64,000 nucleotides of DNA from an uncultured delta proteobacterium (lineage in GTDB: Bacteria; Myxococcota; Myxococcia; Myxococcales; Myxococcaceae). Shown piece by piece: positions 29,190-40,163 of this stretch (within the stretch, counting starts at the first letter, position 1; the number at the start of each line of letters is the position of its first letter). A model generated the notes under the pieces. It was not told where the DNA came from. It saw nothing but the letters and a program-made list of their open reading frames with translations, and searched no databases. The stretch lies in the NCBI GenBank assembly GCA_963713045.1, contig CAVQKE010000001.1, positions 512,001-576,000 on the forward strand, in the 5' to 3' direction. A program made the position numbers and the translations under genes.

Positions 29190-30794
29190 ATGCGACGCGG
29201 TTCTAGGTTTCTGCTTGCAACGCTCCTGGGAGGGGCCTTCGGCTGCACCGACGCAGGCGTCTATACGTTGCAAGGCGGTGGTGTTCCCGGACCGGACCGA
29301 ACGGCCTTCGAAGGCACGGTGTGCGTCCCGCTGGCGACCGGCTCGGCCTTTCCGGTGAAAGTCGTCTTCGCCATGGAAGGCGGAGCGACCACCGTCACCG
29401 GAGCCATCAGCTCCAACACCCTGACAGCCATCGCAACGGTGGCGGGGCTCCAACCGACGAGCACCAGCTTCGCCTTCATGGTCTACCACGTCACAGCGCA
29501 GGGCTTCACTGGCTTCACCGATGCGGTCACCCTGCAGGGGGCGTTGTCCCAATACGGAACCTTTCAGGAGAGCGGGCCGGTGAGCATCGCCTCGGCCCTC
29601 AACCTTGCCGACAGTCTGATTTCCGGAGACATGCAGACCAGCTGCCGCGGAACGGTCAACCGGACGCGCTACGTGGTCGTCCTGCTGGAAGCTTCGGTCG
29701 ATACCAGTTGCGAGTTCCCTGACATCTACGCCGGCATCTCAAACTCGCCCTGTTTTGCGCTGCCCAATCCCTCCCAATGCGCTGCCTGCTATCTCCAGGC
29801 GCAGACCAGCCAAATCACCGCGCTGCAGCAGCAGTACTCTGCTGGAAGCGTCACCGTGCAGCCGATTTACATCACCGATATTCCGTCCAACCAACCAGAT
29901 CCCAACATCGACCTGGTGAACATCATCAACCCGGCCATTGCTGCCGTCGGAGGCAGCCAACCGGAAGTGGCCACCAGCGCCACCATCGACACCGTGCTCT
30001 CACGGGTCAACCTCTCCTCGCTCCAGGGCCAGCTCGCCCTCAAGCGATTTTTCGCCTTCAACCGCAACGCGATGGCCCGGGGAGGAGAGCAGCTGATTGA
30101 TTCGGACGGAGATGGTCTGTCCGACGACTATGAACGTAGCATCGGAACCAACCCCCTCCTCTATGACACGGACGGCGATGGCCTCGGGGATGGGGTCGAA
30201 GTGAAGATGGGCCTTGATCCGCTCACTCCCAACCTGGTGACCGGATGCAACTCGAGCTTGGATACCGATCAGGACATGCTCAACGACTGCGAGGAGCGCG
30301 TCCTCGGCACCGATGCCTGCGTGGCCGACACCGATGGTGACGGCTTAAGCGACTTCATCGAATTCATGTCGCAGACCAATCCGCTCGTCCCGGAGGCACT
30401 CCAGGACGACGACCGTGACGGCACGACCAACGCCGATGAGGTGACGAAACACTCTGACCCGGAGAGCCAAGACCAGGCGTACCAAGCGGACCGCGGCTAC
30501 CAGTACACCGTTTCCGCCGCGGCGCCGACGCCCGATGGGCGCCCCTGTTACTCGATCCGCGTCGACAACATCTCCCTGGTCCGCACCCTGTCGCTTCCCA
30601 ACAAGCCGCTGACGCCGATTGCGGCCGGAAACAACGAAATCTATTTGTATTTGCAATCCGGCCGTCAAAATGATCCGAACGACGTTGGAATTGCCTCGGT
30701 GCTGACGCAGCAAGTGAACTTCAACCCGCCGAGCACCAAGACGCCCAAGGGTGTCATTTCCTTTCAAGACAGCGACTTTGTGGTGGGTCAATGA
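29190..30794 (+). CDS. mtsB: MtsB-like lipoprotein (vWA-like domain + DxDxDG Ca-binding repeats)
   Basis: Lipobox AFGC, FPVKVVF, DSDGDGLSD/DTDGDG repeats, C-terminal CY..RVDNI.L shared with MtsD/E. Confidence 0.72.
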   Translation: MRRGSRFLLATLLGGAFGCTDAGVYTLQGGGVPGPDRTAFEGTVCVPLATGSAFPVKVVFAMEGGATTVTGAISSNTLTAIATVAGLQPTSTSFAFMVYHVTAQGFTGFTDAVTLQGALSQYGTFQESGPVSIASALNLADSLISGDMQTSCRGTVNRTRYVVVLLEASVDTSCEFPDIYAGISNSPCFALPNPSQCAACYLQAQTSQITALQQQYSAGSVTVQPIYITDIPSNQPDPNIDLVNIINPAIAAVGGSQPEVATSATIDTVLSRVNLSSLQGQLALKRFFAFNRNAMARGGEQLIDSDGDGLSDDYERSIGTNPLLYDTDGDGLGDGVEVKMGLDPLTPNLVTGCNSSLDTDQDMLNDCEERVLGTDACVADTDGDGLSDFIEFMSQTNPLVPEALQDDDRDGTTNADEVTKHSDPESQDQAYQADRGYQYTVSAAAPTPDGRPCYSIRVDNISLVRTLSLPNKPLTPIAAGNNEIYLYLQSGRQNDPNDVGIASVLTQQVNFNPPSTKTPKGVISFQDSDFVVGQ

Positions 30795-30806
30795 AGGCCC
30801 CTGAGG

Positions 30807-30851
30807 GTGTGGGGTCTTCCCCCCACAAGGCCTCGGGTCTGAACCCCACAC
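30807..30851. repeat. Nested inverted repeats upstream of mtsC
   Basis: GTGTGGGGT (30807-30815) is complementary to both CCCCACA (30821-30827) and ACCCCACAC (30843-30851). Confidence 0.55.
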
Positions 30852-30962
30852 TCCCCGCTCGGAGGGCTCCACGGTCAATGAAAGCCCATGAATTTCCTAG
30901 AGAACACCATACGCATGACGACGGAACCATTCTTGCTTCGCTGCTTGCCGAAAGGAGCAGCA

Positions 30963-32336
<1,374 letters not shown>

Positions 32337-32394
32337 TCTTCAGCGACTGCGGCTCGGGGGGTTTCTCTTCACCCCAGAAGGACGTGATGGAGCC

Positions 32395-34398
32395 GTGAAT
32401 TTGAAATCCTCCGCAGTGCTCACCACGGCGACCCTGTCGGTCGCCGTGGTGTTGTCGTCTTGTACCAATGCCGCGCTGGAGAAGCCGGGCGGCCCTGCCA
32501 CCACGCTCGACAACCAGCTGACACTCACTGGCCGGGTCTGCACCCAGCCGCCGAACCCGAACGGCTTTCCAGTCAAAGTCCTCTTCTTGGTCGACCAATC
32601 CGGGTCGATGTGCATCTCCGACCCGCCCGGCAGTCAGGGTGCGGCTGGCCTCTGCGAAGAGCTCGTCCAGTTGGGCATCGTCCCGGCGAACCTGACGACG
32701 CCGGCGCGGGTGCGGGCCATCGAGTCTCTCCTCACGCAGTTTCAAAACGAGATTACCAACCAGGGCGCAAACATCAGCATCTCCATCGTCCCGTACTCGA
32801 CCAACGTTCAAAACCCCTACCCCGTCGCGGGGTCGGTTCCAGGCTTCGTGACGCCGTTTGGGCTGACCGGTTACCTCAGCGCGCTTCAAGGTCAGCTGGG
32901 AAAGGGAACGGATGACCAGGGAGCGCTGTCCTACGCCTACAGTGTGATCGCCGCCGATGTGGCGGCGACCTACCAAAGCAATCCGGAGCTTCTGCCGCGG
33001 ACCCGTTACGTCGTGGTGTGGCTCACCGATGGGACGCCATATCCTCGCTGCGCCGCAAACGACAATCTGCCGGAATATGCTGACCCCCAGCACCCCTATC
33101 TCATCTGGCAGGACGAAGACCCCGACTTCTGCAACGTCGCAGGTTCAACCGGACCCGACGCCATCAACGGCTTCGTGGTGGGAACGGACCGCAACCAGAA
33201 CTACCAAATCTTCAGCTACGTCGACCAGCTGATGAGCCTCAAGTCGACCTACAACCTGGGCGACATTCGACTGGATACCGTCCTGCTCTTCAATCAGGCG
33301 GCAGTGCAAGCCTGCGGAACAATCTGCGAGGACATCTACGGCGTGTACCCCAACACGCCGGTGGCCCAGTATCCGGCAGCCGCCCACCAGGTTGCTCAGT
33401 GGCTGCTGACCCAAGTGGCGCTGCGAGGCAACGGCGTCTACCAAGAGTTTATCGACGGCGACATTCAGGACTTGGGGCTCGGAGCTCTGGACTACAGCTC
33501 CCTCGCTTCCCGCAACGTGGTGAAGAATCTCATCGTCCAGGCGCTGCGCAGCGAGCCCGCGGTGACGATGCGAGCGGTGGACAGCGACGGGGACGGTCTC
33601 ATTGATAGCGCCGACCAGGCCTATCTCTACCCCGGCTCAGTCCTCAGCCCCTATGTTCTAGACAGCAACCAGGACGGGTTCAGCGACCGATTCGAAGTGC
33701 TCCACCAGTCGGACGGCTTCATCCCAGGCAACCCGGTCAAGGACCTGCGGGGGTGCGATCCCACGCGCACCGCGACGCTCGGGTGCGTCTCCTTCACCGA
33801 CACCGACGGGGATGGCCTGACCAGCTGGGAGGAGGCCTATCTCGGAACGCATCCCAACATCGTCGACTCGGACTCGGACGGCATTCCCGACGGAATTGAG
33901 GTCCGTTATGGCTTGGACCCGCTGGTCACCAACGTGGGCAAGGACACCGACTCCGACGGCATCAGCGACATCGACGAAATCCGCGGCGGCACCGACCCTT
34001 CCACACCTGACCGCGCTTTGTACGACTCGACCGCCATGCAATACACCTTTGTGGCCACTGTCCAAGCGGACAACAGCGTCTGCTACGATTACTCGGTGAG
34101 TAACATCCAGCTGGTCACTCCCCCTGACAATGTCAGCGCCGTGGAGGGGTTCAACCTCTTCAAGGTGTGGTTCGACGAGGCACCGGAGAGTGCCGTCGCA
34201 ACCGACTACGGCGTGTGGAAGGTTGCCTGCGCTTGGGCCCAATACTCCCCAGCGCTTGGTGGGGCCACTGGGGTGCGTGTGCCGGCAGGTCCCAGCCTCA
34301 CCATCAACGACGCCAATTTTTATCCACCGAGTCAGTTGATTTATCCGAGCCAATATCAAGGCAATCCCAATCGGTGTGTGGGTATCGCGCCTCCATGA
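32395..34398 (+). CDS. mtsD: MtsD-like vWA/Ca-repeat lipoprotein
   Basis: Lipobox LSSC, MIDAS VDQSGS, WLTDG, multiple DxDxDG repeats. Confidence 0.8.
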   Translation: MNLKSSAVLTTATLSVAVVLSSCTNAALEKPGGPATTLDNQLTLTGRVCTQPPNPNGFPVKVLFLVDQSGSMCISDPPGSQGAAGLCEELVQLGIVPANLTTPARVRAIESLLTQFQNEITNQGANISISIVPYSTNVQNPYPVAGSVPGFVTPFGLTGYLSALQGQLGKGTDDQGALSYAYSVIAADVAATYQSNPELLPRTRYVVVWLTDGTPYPRCAANDNLPEYADPQHPYLIWQDEDPDFCNVAGSTGPDAINGFVVGTDRNQNYQIFSYVDQLMSLKSTYNLGDIRLDTVLLFNQAAVQACGTICEDIYGVYPNTPVAQYPAAAHQVAQWLLTQVALRGNGVYQEFIDGDIQDLGLGALDYSSLASRNVVKNLIVQALRSEPAVTMRAVDSDGDGLIDSADQAYLYPGSVLSPYVLDSNQDGFSDRFEVLHQSDGFIPGNPVKDLRGCDPTRTATLGCVSFTDTDGDGLTSWEEAYLGTHPNIVDSDSDGIPDGIEVRYGLDPLVTNVGKDTDSDGISDIDEIRGGTDPSTPDRALYDSTAMQYTFVATVQADNSVCYDYSVSNIQLVTPPDNVSAVEGFNLFKVWFDEAPESAVATDYGVWKVACAWAQYSPALGGATGVRVPAGPSLTINDANFYPPSQLIYPSQYQGNPNRCVGIAPP

Positions 34399-36209
34399 CC
34401 AGCGGGGGGCGTTCCATTGTCGTCTCGCTCGCCACCGCCGGCATTCTGGTGGCCGCTGCTTGCACCAACAGCTATCTGTACGACCAGGAAGTTCTGACAG
34501 TACTTCCGGTCGACCGTACGGTGGCCATCGACGGCCATTTCTGCACCTACGGCGCCAACGACGTCATCGACCCAATCAAGATTCTCTTCGTTCTCGACGC
34601 CTCCCAGTCGATGCGTGTCACGGACCCCGACGGAACACGGGCCCTCGCCGTGGTGCAACTCTTGAACTCACTCCCGCAAGACCCGGAGATTTACTTCGCG
34701 GTGATGCTCTTCGCTGGTAGCACGACCGCTTTTTTGACCAAGAGCGGCCTCGCGGAGTTCGAGCAACTCATCACCTACAGCCAAGCTGACTACAACGTCT
34801 TGGTGGATAAGATTCTCAATTACACCAGCCCCGACCCCAATCGCGACTCGACTGACTTCGTCAAAGCCCTGGCGGAGGTCTATACAGTCGTCAGTACCGA
34901 CATCTCCGCGGCGCAGGTCGGGGTGGCCGATGGCGGGTTCGGGGGGACTGCTCCGGGCCGCTACTCCATCATCTTTCTTTCGGACGGTGCCCCGACCTTC
35001 AATCAGAATGCCCAGCTGCTACCGCCCGGAACCTCGGTGACCAGCATCCGGCAGCTGTCCATCCTCGTCGACAACGTTCAGCTCAACACCGTCCATGTCT
35101 TTGACCCCACCATCCCGCCCAGTAGCCTCTGCGACTTGAGCGGCGACGGCGGCTGCCCACTGCTCATCATCAATCAGGATGCAGAGCTCCTGAAGCAGAT
35201 GGCCTTTTACGGGGGAGGCAATTTCCGAGACTTCGAGAACCACGAACCGGTGAATTTCCTCAATTTCAGCCTGGGCGCCGTACGGCAGGCCTACGTCATC
35301 AAGGACGTCATGGCCACCAACCTGAACGCCCCTGTGGAAAGCCCCGCGGCACCGCCCAATTGGGATGGTGGCCCGACCGACGCAGCAGACTCGGACGGCG
35401 ACGGGCTGACCGACGCTCAGGAAATTAAGCTCGGCACCGACCCCAACAATCCCGACACCGACGGCGATGGATTCAGCGACGGCGTGGAGGTGTATTTCGC
35501 GGCGCGCGGCGCAAGCTTCAATCCCCTGGTTGCCGACCCGGGCTGTCCAGCCGCCCTCCACGGTGTCGATTCGGACTGCGACTTACTGACGGATTGTGAC
35601 GAGCAGGTCATCGGCACAAATTCGCAAATTCAAGACTCGGACAGCGACGGGGTCCCTGACGGAGTGGAATGGCAGATTGGGACTCAGCCGGCTTCTCCCG
35701 ACATGACCGAGGACCCGGACGGGGATGGCCTGATTAACGACCAAGAGGTCCACCTGCACATGAACCCAGTGGTCGCCGACTCGCAGCTGGTCACCGACAA
35801 CGGGTACCGCTACACCATCGAGACCGATGGCCCGGTCGACTTGAATGGCCGCCAGTGTTACCACGTGCGGGTCGACAACATTGCGCTTGCCCCAACCATC
35901 GCCTACCGCCCCGACGGCGGGATGAATCTGCCGGATGGGGGCGTGGCCTTTCAGGCGGACGGTGGCTTCCTCTTCGCTGACGGGGGCACCGGCTGGGGGC
36001 CCGGCTGGAATTCCTTGCTCCTCACCGTCACGCAGGTGCCAACGGACAATCCGAGCGCCCGACCTATCGTGACCTCGTACCACGGCGTCCGCGTGGCCCG
36101 CTATCCGGTGGGCGGCATCAAGCTTCCCGTGGACGGAGTCATCACGGTCGAACCTTCGGATTTTCAAAACGGCTGCGTTGCCGCCTTTCCTGCGGACGCG
36201 GGCCCGTGA
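34395..36209 (+). CDS. mtsE: MtsE-like vWA/Ca-repeat lipoprotein
   Basis: Lipobox AAAC, MIDAS LDASQS, FLSDG, DxDGDG repeats. ATGA-coupled to mtsD. Confidence 0.75.
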   Translation: MTSGGRSIVVSLATAGILVAAACTNSYLYDQEVLTVLPVDRTVAIDGHFCTYGANDVIDPIKILFVLDASQSMRVTDPDGTRALAVVQLLNSLPQDPEIYFAVMLFAGSTTAFLTKSGLAEFEQLITYSQADYNVLVDKILNYTSPDPNRDSTDFVKALAEVYTVVSTDISAAQVGVADGGFGGTAPGRYSIIFLSDGAPTFNQNAQLLPPGTSVTSIRQLSILVDNVQLNTVHVFDPTIPPSSLCDLSGDGGCPLLIINQDAELLKQMAFYGGGNFRDFENHEPVNFLNFSLGAVRQAYVIKDVMATNLNAPVESPAAPPNWDGGPTDAADSDGDGLTDAQEIKLGTDPNNPDTDGDGFSDGVEVYFAARGASFNPLVADPGCPAALHGVDSDCDLLTDCDEQVIGTNSQIQDSDSDGVPDGVEWQIGTQPASPDMTEDPDGDGLINDQEVHLHMNPVVADSQLVTDNGYRYTIETDGPVDLNGRQCYHVRVDNIALAPTIAYRPDGGMNLPDGGVAFQADGGFLFADGGTGWGPGWNSLLLTVTQVPTDNPSARPIVTSYHGVRVARYPVGGIKLPVDGVITVEPSDFQNGCVAAFPADAGP

Positions 36210-38632
36210 CCGGGCGGGGCGAGATTCCAACCGCCCGGAGGAGACACCACCGCCGGGGCAGTCCGACGGGAATCGGCCTGGTGCTTCTGTCTCTCTCTTC
36301 GCTGAGCGCCTGCACAGGCAACGTCAGCTCTCTGCCCCTGGGGAATACCCTTCCGCCCACCGTCTGTACCTCCGCCGACGCGGCACTCAACAATCCAGCC
36401 TGCCAGCTGACGCTGGGCGTGTGGACGCAGAATTACATCGCCTATCCCCAGGAGCAGTATTGGTATGGCGCAAAAGTTGGGGCCTTGGACGCGGGAAGCA
36501 TTGGTCACATCATCGCCGGATACTTCCCACCCGCCGACGCAGATGCTGGCTGGGACCCGCCACCGTATGCCGATGGCAGTCCCTACGGCGGCGACGGTGG
36601 TAACATCCCCTCGCTGCTTCCCAATTGTCAGGACGTCAATTTCAACACTGCCGTCAACCTGACGCTCAACGTCGTGAAGCAGGATGGAGAGACCAGCATC
36701 ACCACCGCTTCGGATTTGCATGGGCAAAGTTGCCCAGTTCCGATGGACACCACCTTTCGATACACCGAGTCCGACACCAGCCTGATTGTCGTCCTGGAGG
36801 ACAACACTGAAACTGGAGTCGACCCCAAACACGAATTCAGCGTCTGGCTCGACATGCTGAACGACCCGGACGTCAATGAGCCGAACGACACCCCCGCGAC
36901 CGCGACGCCGATTACGCTCACCACCACCGGCGGTGTGGCGAGCGGCCAGAGTGGCGGGTACCTGGCGACTCCCGGCGACCTCGACTACTTCGTCGTTCAA
37001 TCCCCGGGAGCGAATTACGTCCTCTGGCTCGAGCTGTCCCAGGACCCGTCGTCACCCTCGCCTCCACCCCACCCGTACCGGCTCCAGTACAATATTTACG
37101 GACCCGACGGGGTGACACAGGTCTCCACCGGAGCAGCCCAGGCTGGGTCGCAATTTTCGGCCAATGCTGTGTCCATCGGCACCGCCATTCTTCTTCAGCA
37201 GACCGGCCCCTACTACATCCAGGTCGATGGCTACCGCGACTCGACCACCGTCGGTGCCATCCCTGGCAGCTTGACGTACAAATACCAGCTGAAGGTGATT
37301 GTCGTTCCCTTGCAGGACCCGACTGAAGGGACGGCGCCGAACTACAACAACAGCTTTGCGTACGCGTACCCGGTCAACGGCGGGGCCGCGCTGGCCCTGG
37401 GCGGTAATGCGATGGTGACCGGCCGCACAAGTTATGTCGCGGACCAGGACTGGTATTCCATCACGCTGGCCGCAGACCCCGGGCTTGGGCTGTTGCATTA
37501 CAAGCTGACGCCCAACCAGAGCGCGGGCCGGTTCCCGCCACTCCCGACGCCGCCGAGCCGCGATTTGTTTGTGTACACGGTGACGCCCGATGTCCCCAGT
37601 TGCACCGCGCCAGACGCCGGCATCTGCTTAGACAGCATCACCCTCCCCGGTGGTTCCACGTCGTGGAATATTGCGCACGGCGCATGTGGCGAGATTCCGC
37701 CGAAGTGTTTGGAGTCGTACCGTGAGGAAGCCCTTCCCAACGCTCCTCCCCCACCGCTTCTCAACTTGGTCAACTTCGAGTCCGTGCTCCAAGTCCCGCC
37801 GCACGCCTCGCCGGTGACCTACTACTTCTTCCTGCAACCAAATGGCGACCTCCAGCAAAACGACGGCCATTGGGCAGACGACCGGGATTACACGATTCTT
37901 TTCGAGTACCTCGCAGAGCCGGACTCGCTCGAAGGCATCCCCGACCCAATCCGGCCCTCGACCCTTCCGCCAGCCCCTGGCGGCCCGATTGTCGGCGTCC
38001 CCGTCTACCTCAGCTTTGGTGTGGGGGAACCCAATCCAAACAATCCAAACATGCAACCTCCGAACGACGTCATCGTCGGGCCCGACGACTTCGATGGTCG
38101 AGGCAACGACACCGACACCTACCAGGTCGCGCTCCCCTTCGCCGCGCAGCAGGCCTGGGAAATCTCCTGGACCGTTCCCTCCGCGGATGGCATCAACCCG
38201 GACTACGACTTGGGGTTCACTCTCTCCTTCTGTGACACCTCTCCGGACGCCGGGACCGGAGCTCCTCCCTGCTACGCGATGGTCACCAGCAACAGCGGTC
38301 CGGGAATCGCCTACAACCCCAAGCCGTTAGACTCCTGGTGGAACCCCAATGCGAGCGTCATTCCGGATCAGCTCGTCTACACCCAGACCACCGACGGCGG
38401 CATCACCACCACCACCGTGACACCGTATGGTTGTTTTTGCTTCCAGCCGGACTTTGTCAACGCCGCAGGCACCAGCTATTTCTTGATGAGCATTTTCCCG
38501 TTGAACCGAACGTCCTGGGACCTGGTGCCTTACGTCGTGACTGAGTCGTACGGACCCTACCCCTACACGTTCACCAACGCCGCGGGTGGGATGACCAGTT
38601 GTCCGGCCACCTGTGACTTGACCGGCAATTGA
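36206..38632 (+). CDS. mtsF: MtsF-like large beta-rich lipoprotein
   Basis: Lipobox LSAC. EPND...AT...D.DYF and D.DWY motifs of PPC-like modules. GTGA-coupled to mtsE. Confidence 0.7.
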   Translation: MTGRGEIPTARRRHHRRGSPTGIGLVLLSLSSLSACTGNVSSLPLGNTLPPTVCTSADAALNNPACQLTLGVWTQNYIAYPQEQYWYGAKVGALDAGSIGHIIAGYFPPADADAGWDPPPYADGSPYGGDGGNIPSLLPNCQDVNFNTAVNLTLNVVKQDGETSITTASDLHGQSCPVPMDTTFRYTESDTSLIVVLEDNTETGVDPKHEFSVWLDMLNDPDVNEPNDTPATATPITLTTTGGVASGQSGGYLATPGDLDYFVVQSPGANYVLWLELSQDPSSPSPPPHPYRLQYNIYGPDGVTQVSTGAAQAGSQFSANAVSIGTAILLQQTGPYYIQVDGYRDSTTVGAIPGSLTYKYQLKVIVVPLQDPTEGTAPNYNNSFAYAYPVNGGAALALGGNAMVTGRTSYVADQDWYSITLAADPGLGLLHYKLTPNQSAGRFPPLPTPPSRDLFVYTVTPDVPSCTAPDAGICLDSITLPGGSTSWNIAHGACGEIPPKCLESYREEALPNAPPPPLLNLVNFESVLQVPPHASPVTYYFFLQPNGDLQQNDGHWADDRDYTILFEYLAEPDSLEGIPDPIRPSTLPPAPGGPIVGVPVYLSFGVGEPNPNNPNMQPPNDVIVGPDDFDGRGNDTDTYQVALPFAAQQAWEISWTVPSADGINPDYDLGFTLSFCDTSPDAGTGAPPCYAMVTSNSGPGIAYNPKPLDSWWNPNASVIPDQLVYTQTTDGGITTTTVTPYGCFCFQPDFVNAAGTSYFLMSIFPLNRTSWDLVPYVVTESYGPYPYTFTNAAGGMTSCPATCDLTGN

Positions 38633-38638
38633 TGCATT

Positions 38639-39136
38639 TCATCCGCCGTCAGGAATGCCACCGTCCGGAAGTATCGGAAGACCAATGCACTGAACGTAAA
38701 TGGTCAGGTCAGGCAGGTTGGAGGCATTGCTCTTGATGTTCACGCTTCCGTTGTACGTCTCCTTCATCTCTGGGGTCGTGACGACAGGCGTGCAGGTCAT
38801 CTCCACCACCAGGTTTTGGTCGTAGGCAATGGTGGCCGGCAGCATCGAGGGTGTAACCCCGGGCATCAGCGTGATGGCCGGATCCCCGGTGTAGGTGACA
38901 CTGCTCACCACCATCCCTTGAGAACCGATGTTTTGAACTGTAAAGCTAAGAAAGGCCGACTCTCCAATGAGCACGTCTTCTCCACCGTTGACGTTGGTGA
39001 ACGGAGCCGGAGTCGACTGGGTGCCCTGGATGGATGGCTGGGCGGTGGGCAGAGCCGGGACAGAATTGGTACCGCAGGCGAAGGCTGCTGCGATGAGGGC
39101 AGACAGCGAGGAGAAGACGAAAACGCGCATGTGCAT
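38639..39136 (-). CDS. Small Ig-like (ASH/choice-of-anchor-D-like) lipoprotein A
   Basis: Lipobox AFAC, with FTVQNIG, CTP and VNIKSNA motifs. Confidence 0.7.
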   Translation of the reverse strand: MHMRVFVFSSLSALIAAAFACGTNSVPALPTAQPSIQGTQSTPAPFTNVNGGEDVLIGESAFLSFTVQNIGSQGMVVSSVTYTGDPAITLMPGVTPSMLPATIAYDQNLVVEMTCTPVVTTPEMKETYNGSVNIKSNASNLPDLTIYVQCIGLPILPDGGIPDGG

Positions 39137-39647
39137 AGGTGAAACGCTACCAGCCCGGTCGAGTGCTCGCCAGGCACTGACTTGGGTGGTCCTTCTGCCG
39201 CTGGTGTGGGTGCTGTACGGTTGCAGCAGCCCGACGGACGACTTCATCGGGGCCAGAGTCCTCGACCCCTGCAACAGCAGCTGGCCGATTTGTGACGGCT
39301 ACGGCAGCTGCATCCTCGGCCCAGAGAGCTACACCGAGGGCAACCTTCCGGGTCAGGGTAACATTATTGTCCAAACGCTCGCCGACAGCAGCAATGTCAC
39401 ACTCAGCTTTCTTTTCTCCAACCTCACTGCAGCTGGCGGCACCTTCTCCATTGTCTTTTACGAGCCAGGTTGTGTCGGGACCGTCAGCGTCGATGTGCCC
39501 GGCCAGACGGTGGCTGAGGAATCGCAGTCCCTCGGGGTCTTCGCGCGAAGCGCGCAACTGGTTGCTGGAGACCACCTGGTGACGTACCAGTCCACCACCG
39601 CCGCCTATTACCTACTCAAGGTGGACGTCACGCCGCTGAATGACTGA
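39129..39647 (+). CDS. Cys-containing hypothetical lipoprotein
   Basis: WVVLLPLVWVLYGC lipobox-like segment, C..SWPIC....C motif. Start uncertain (39129 or 39186). Confidence 0.65.
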   Translation: MCIGETLPARSSARQALTWVVLLPLVWVLYGCSSPTDDFIGARVLDPCNSSWPICDGYGSCILGPESYTEGNLPGQGNIIVQTLADSSNVTLSFLFSNLTAAGGTFSIVFYEPGCVGTVSVDVPGQTVAEESQSLGVFARSAQLVAGDHLVTYQSTTAAYYLLKVDVTPLND

Positions 39648-40075
39648 ACCGGGGGCATGCCGACGCAGGTCAGGTACACCACGGCGACCGGAGAGTTGAC
39701 GGCGTTGCTGGTGATGGTCACCGTGCCGGCGTAGTTGGCCAAGGCGGGCGGCGTACAAACCAGCGGGACCAGGAATTCCTGGTTGAAGCTCAGCGACGCC
39801 GGCAGTGGCTGGGCGAATGCCTCGAGCGCCATCGCCGGGTCCCCACCGTAGACCACCGTCTGCACCGCGAGACTCTCGGTGCCGGCATTCAGCGCGCCGA
39901 ATGCGAAATATCCCGTCGTCCCGACAGTGACACCTTGGGCCTCGTTGAAGAAGACAGGGGCTTCGGGGCTGCTGGTGAAGGGAAGTTGCAGCGTGGGGGC
40001 ATCGGGCGGGGACGCCGCCCCACAGCCCGCCAGGCTGAGTAGAACCAGTACGAAGGCTTGTGCGCGGAGCTGCAC
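39608..40075 (-). CDS. Small Ig-like lipoprotein B (paralog of 38639..39136)
   Basis: Lipobox LAGC. NAG..Y.GDPA..LPA..CTP..ITSNA..Y..C.G aligns with lipoprotein A. Confidence 0.68.
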   Translation of the reverse strand: MQLRAQAFVLVLLSLAGCGAASPPDAPTLQLPFTSSPEAPVFFNEAQGVTVGTTGYFAFGALNAGTESLAVQTVVYGGDPAMALEAFAQPLPASLSFNQEFLVPLVCTPPALANYAGTVTITSNAVNSPVAVVYLTCVGMPPVQSFSGVTSTLSR

Positions 40076-40163
40076 ACCCAGGAAGGTACCAGCCGTCTGT
40101 TGGGTGGCCAAGCAAGTCCGAAGGCCAACGGCCTGCAGCCTCCCCCTTGGGGGGTTTCCCCGC

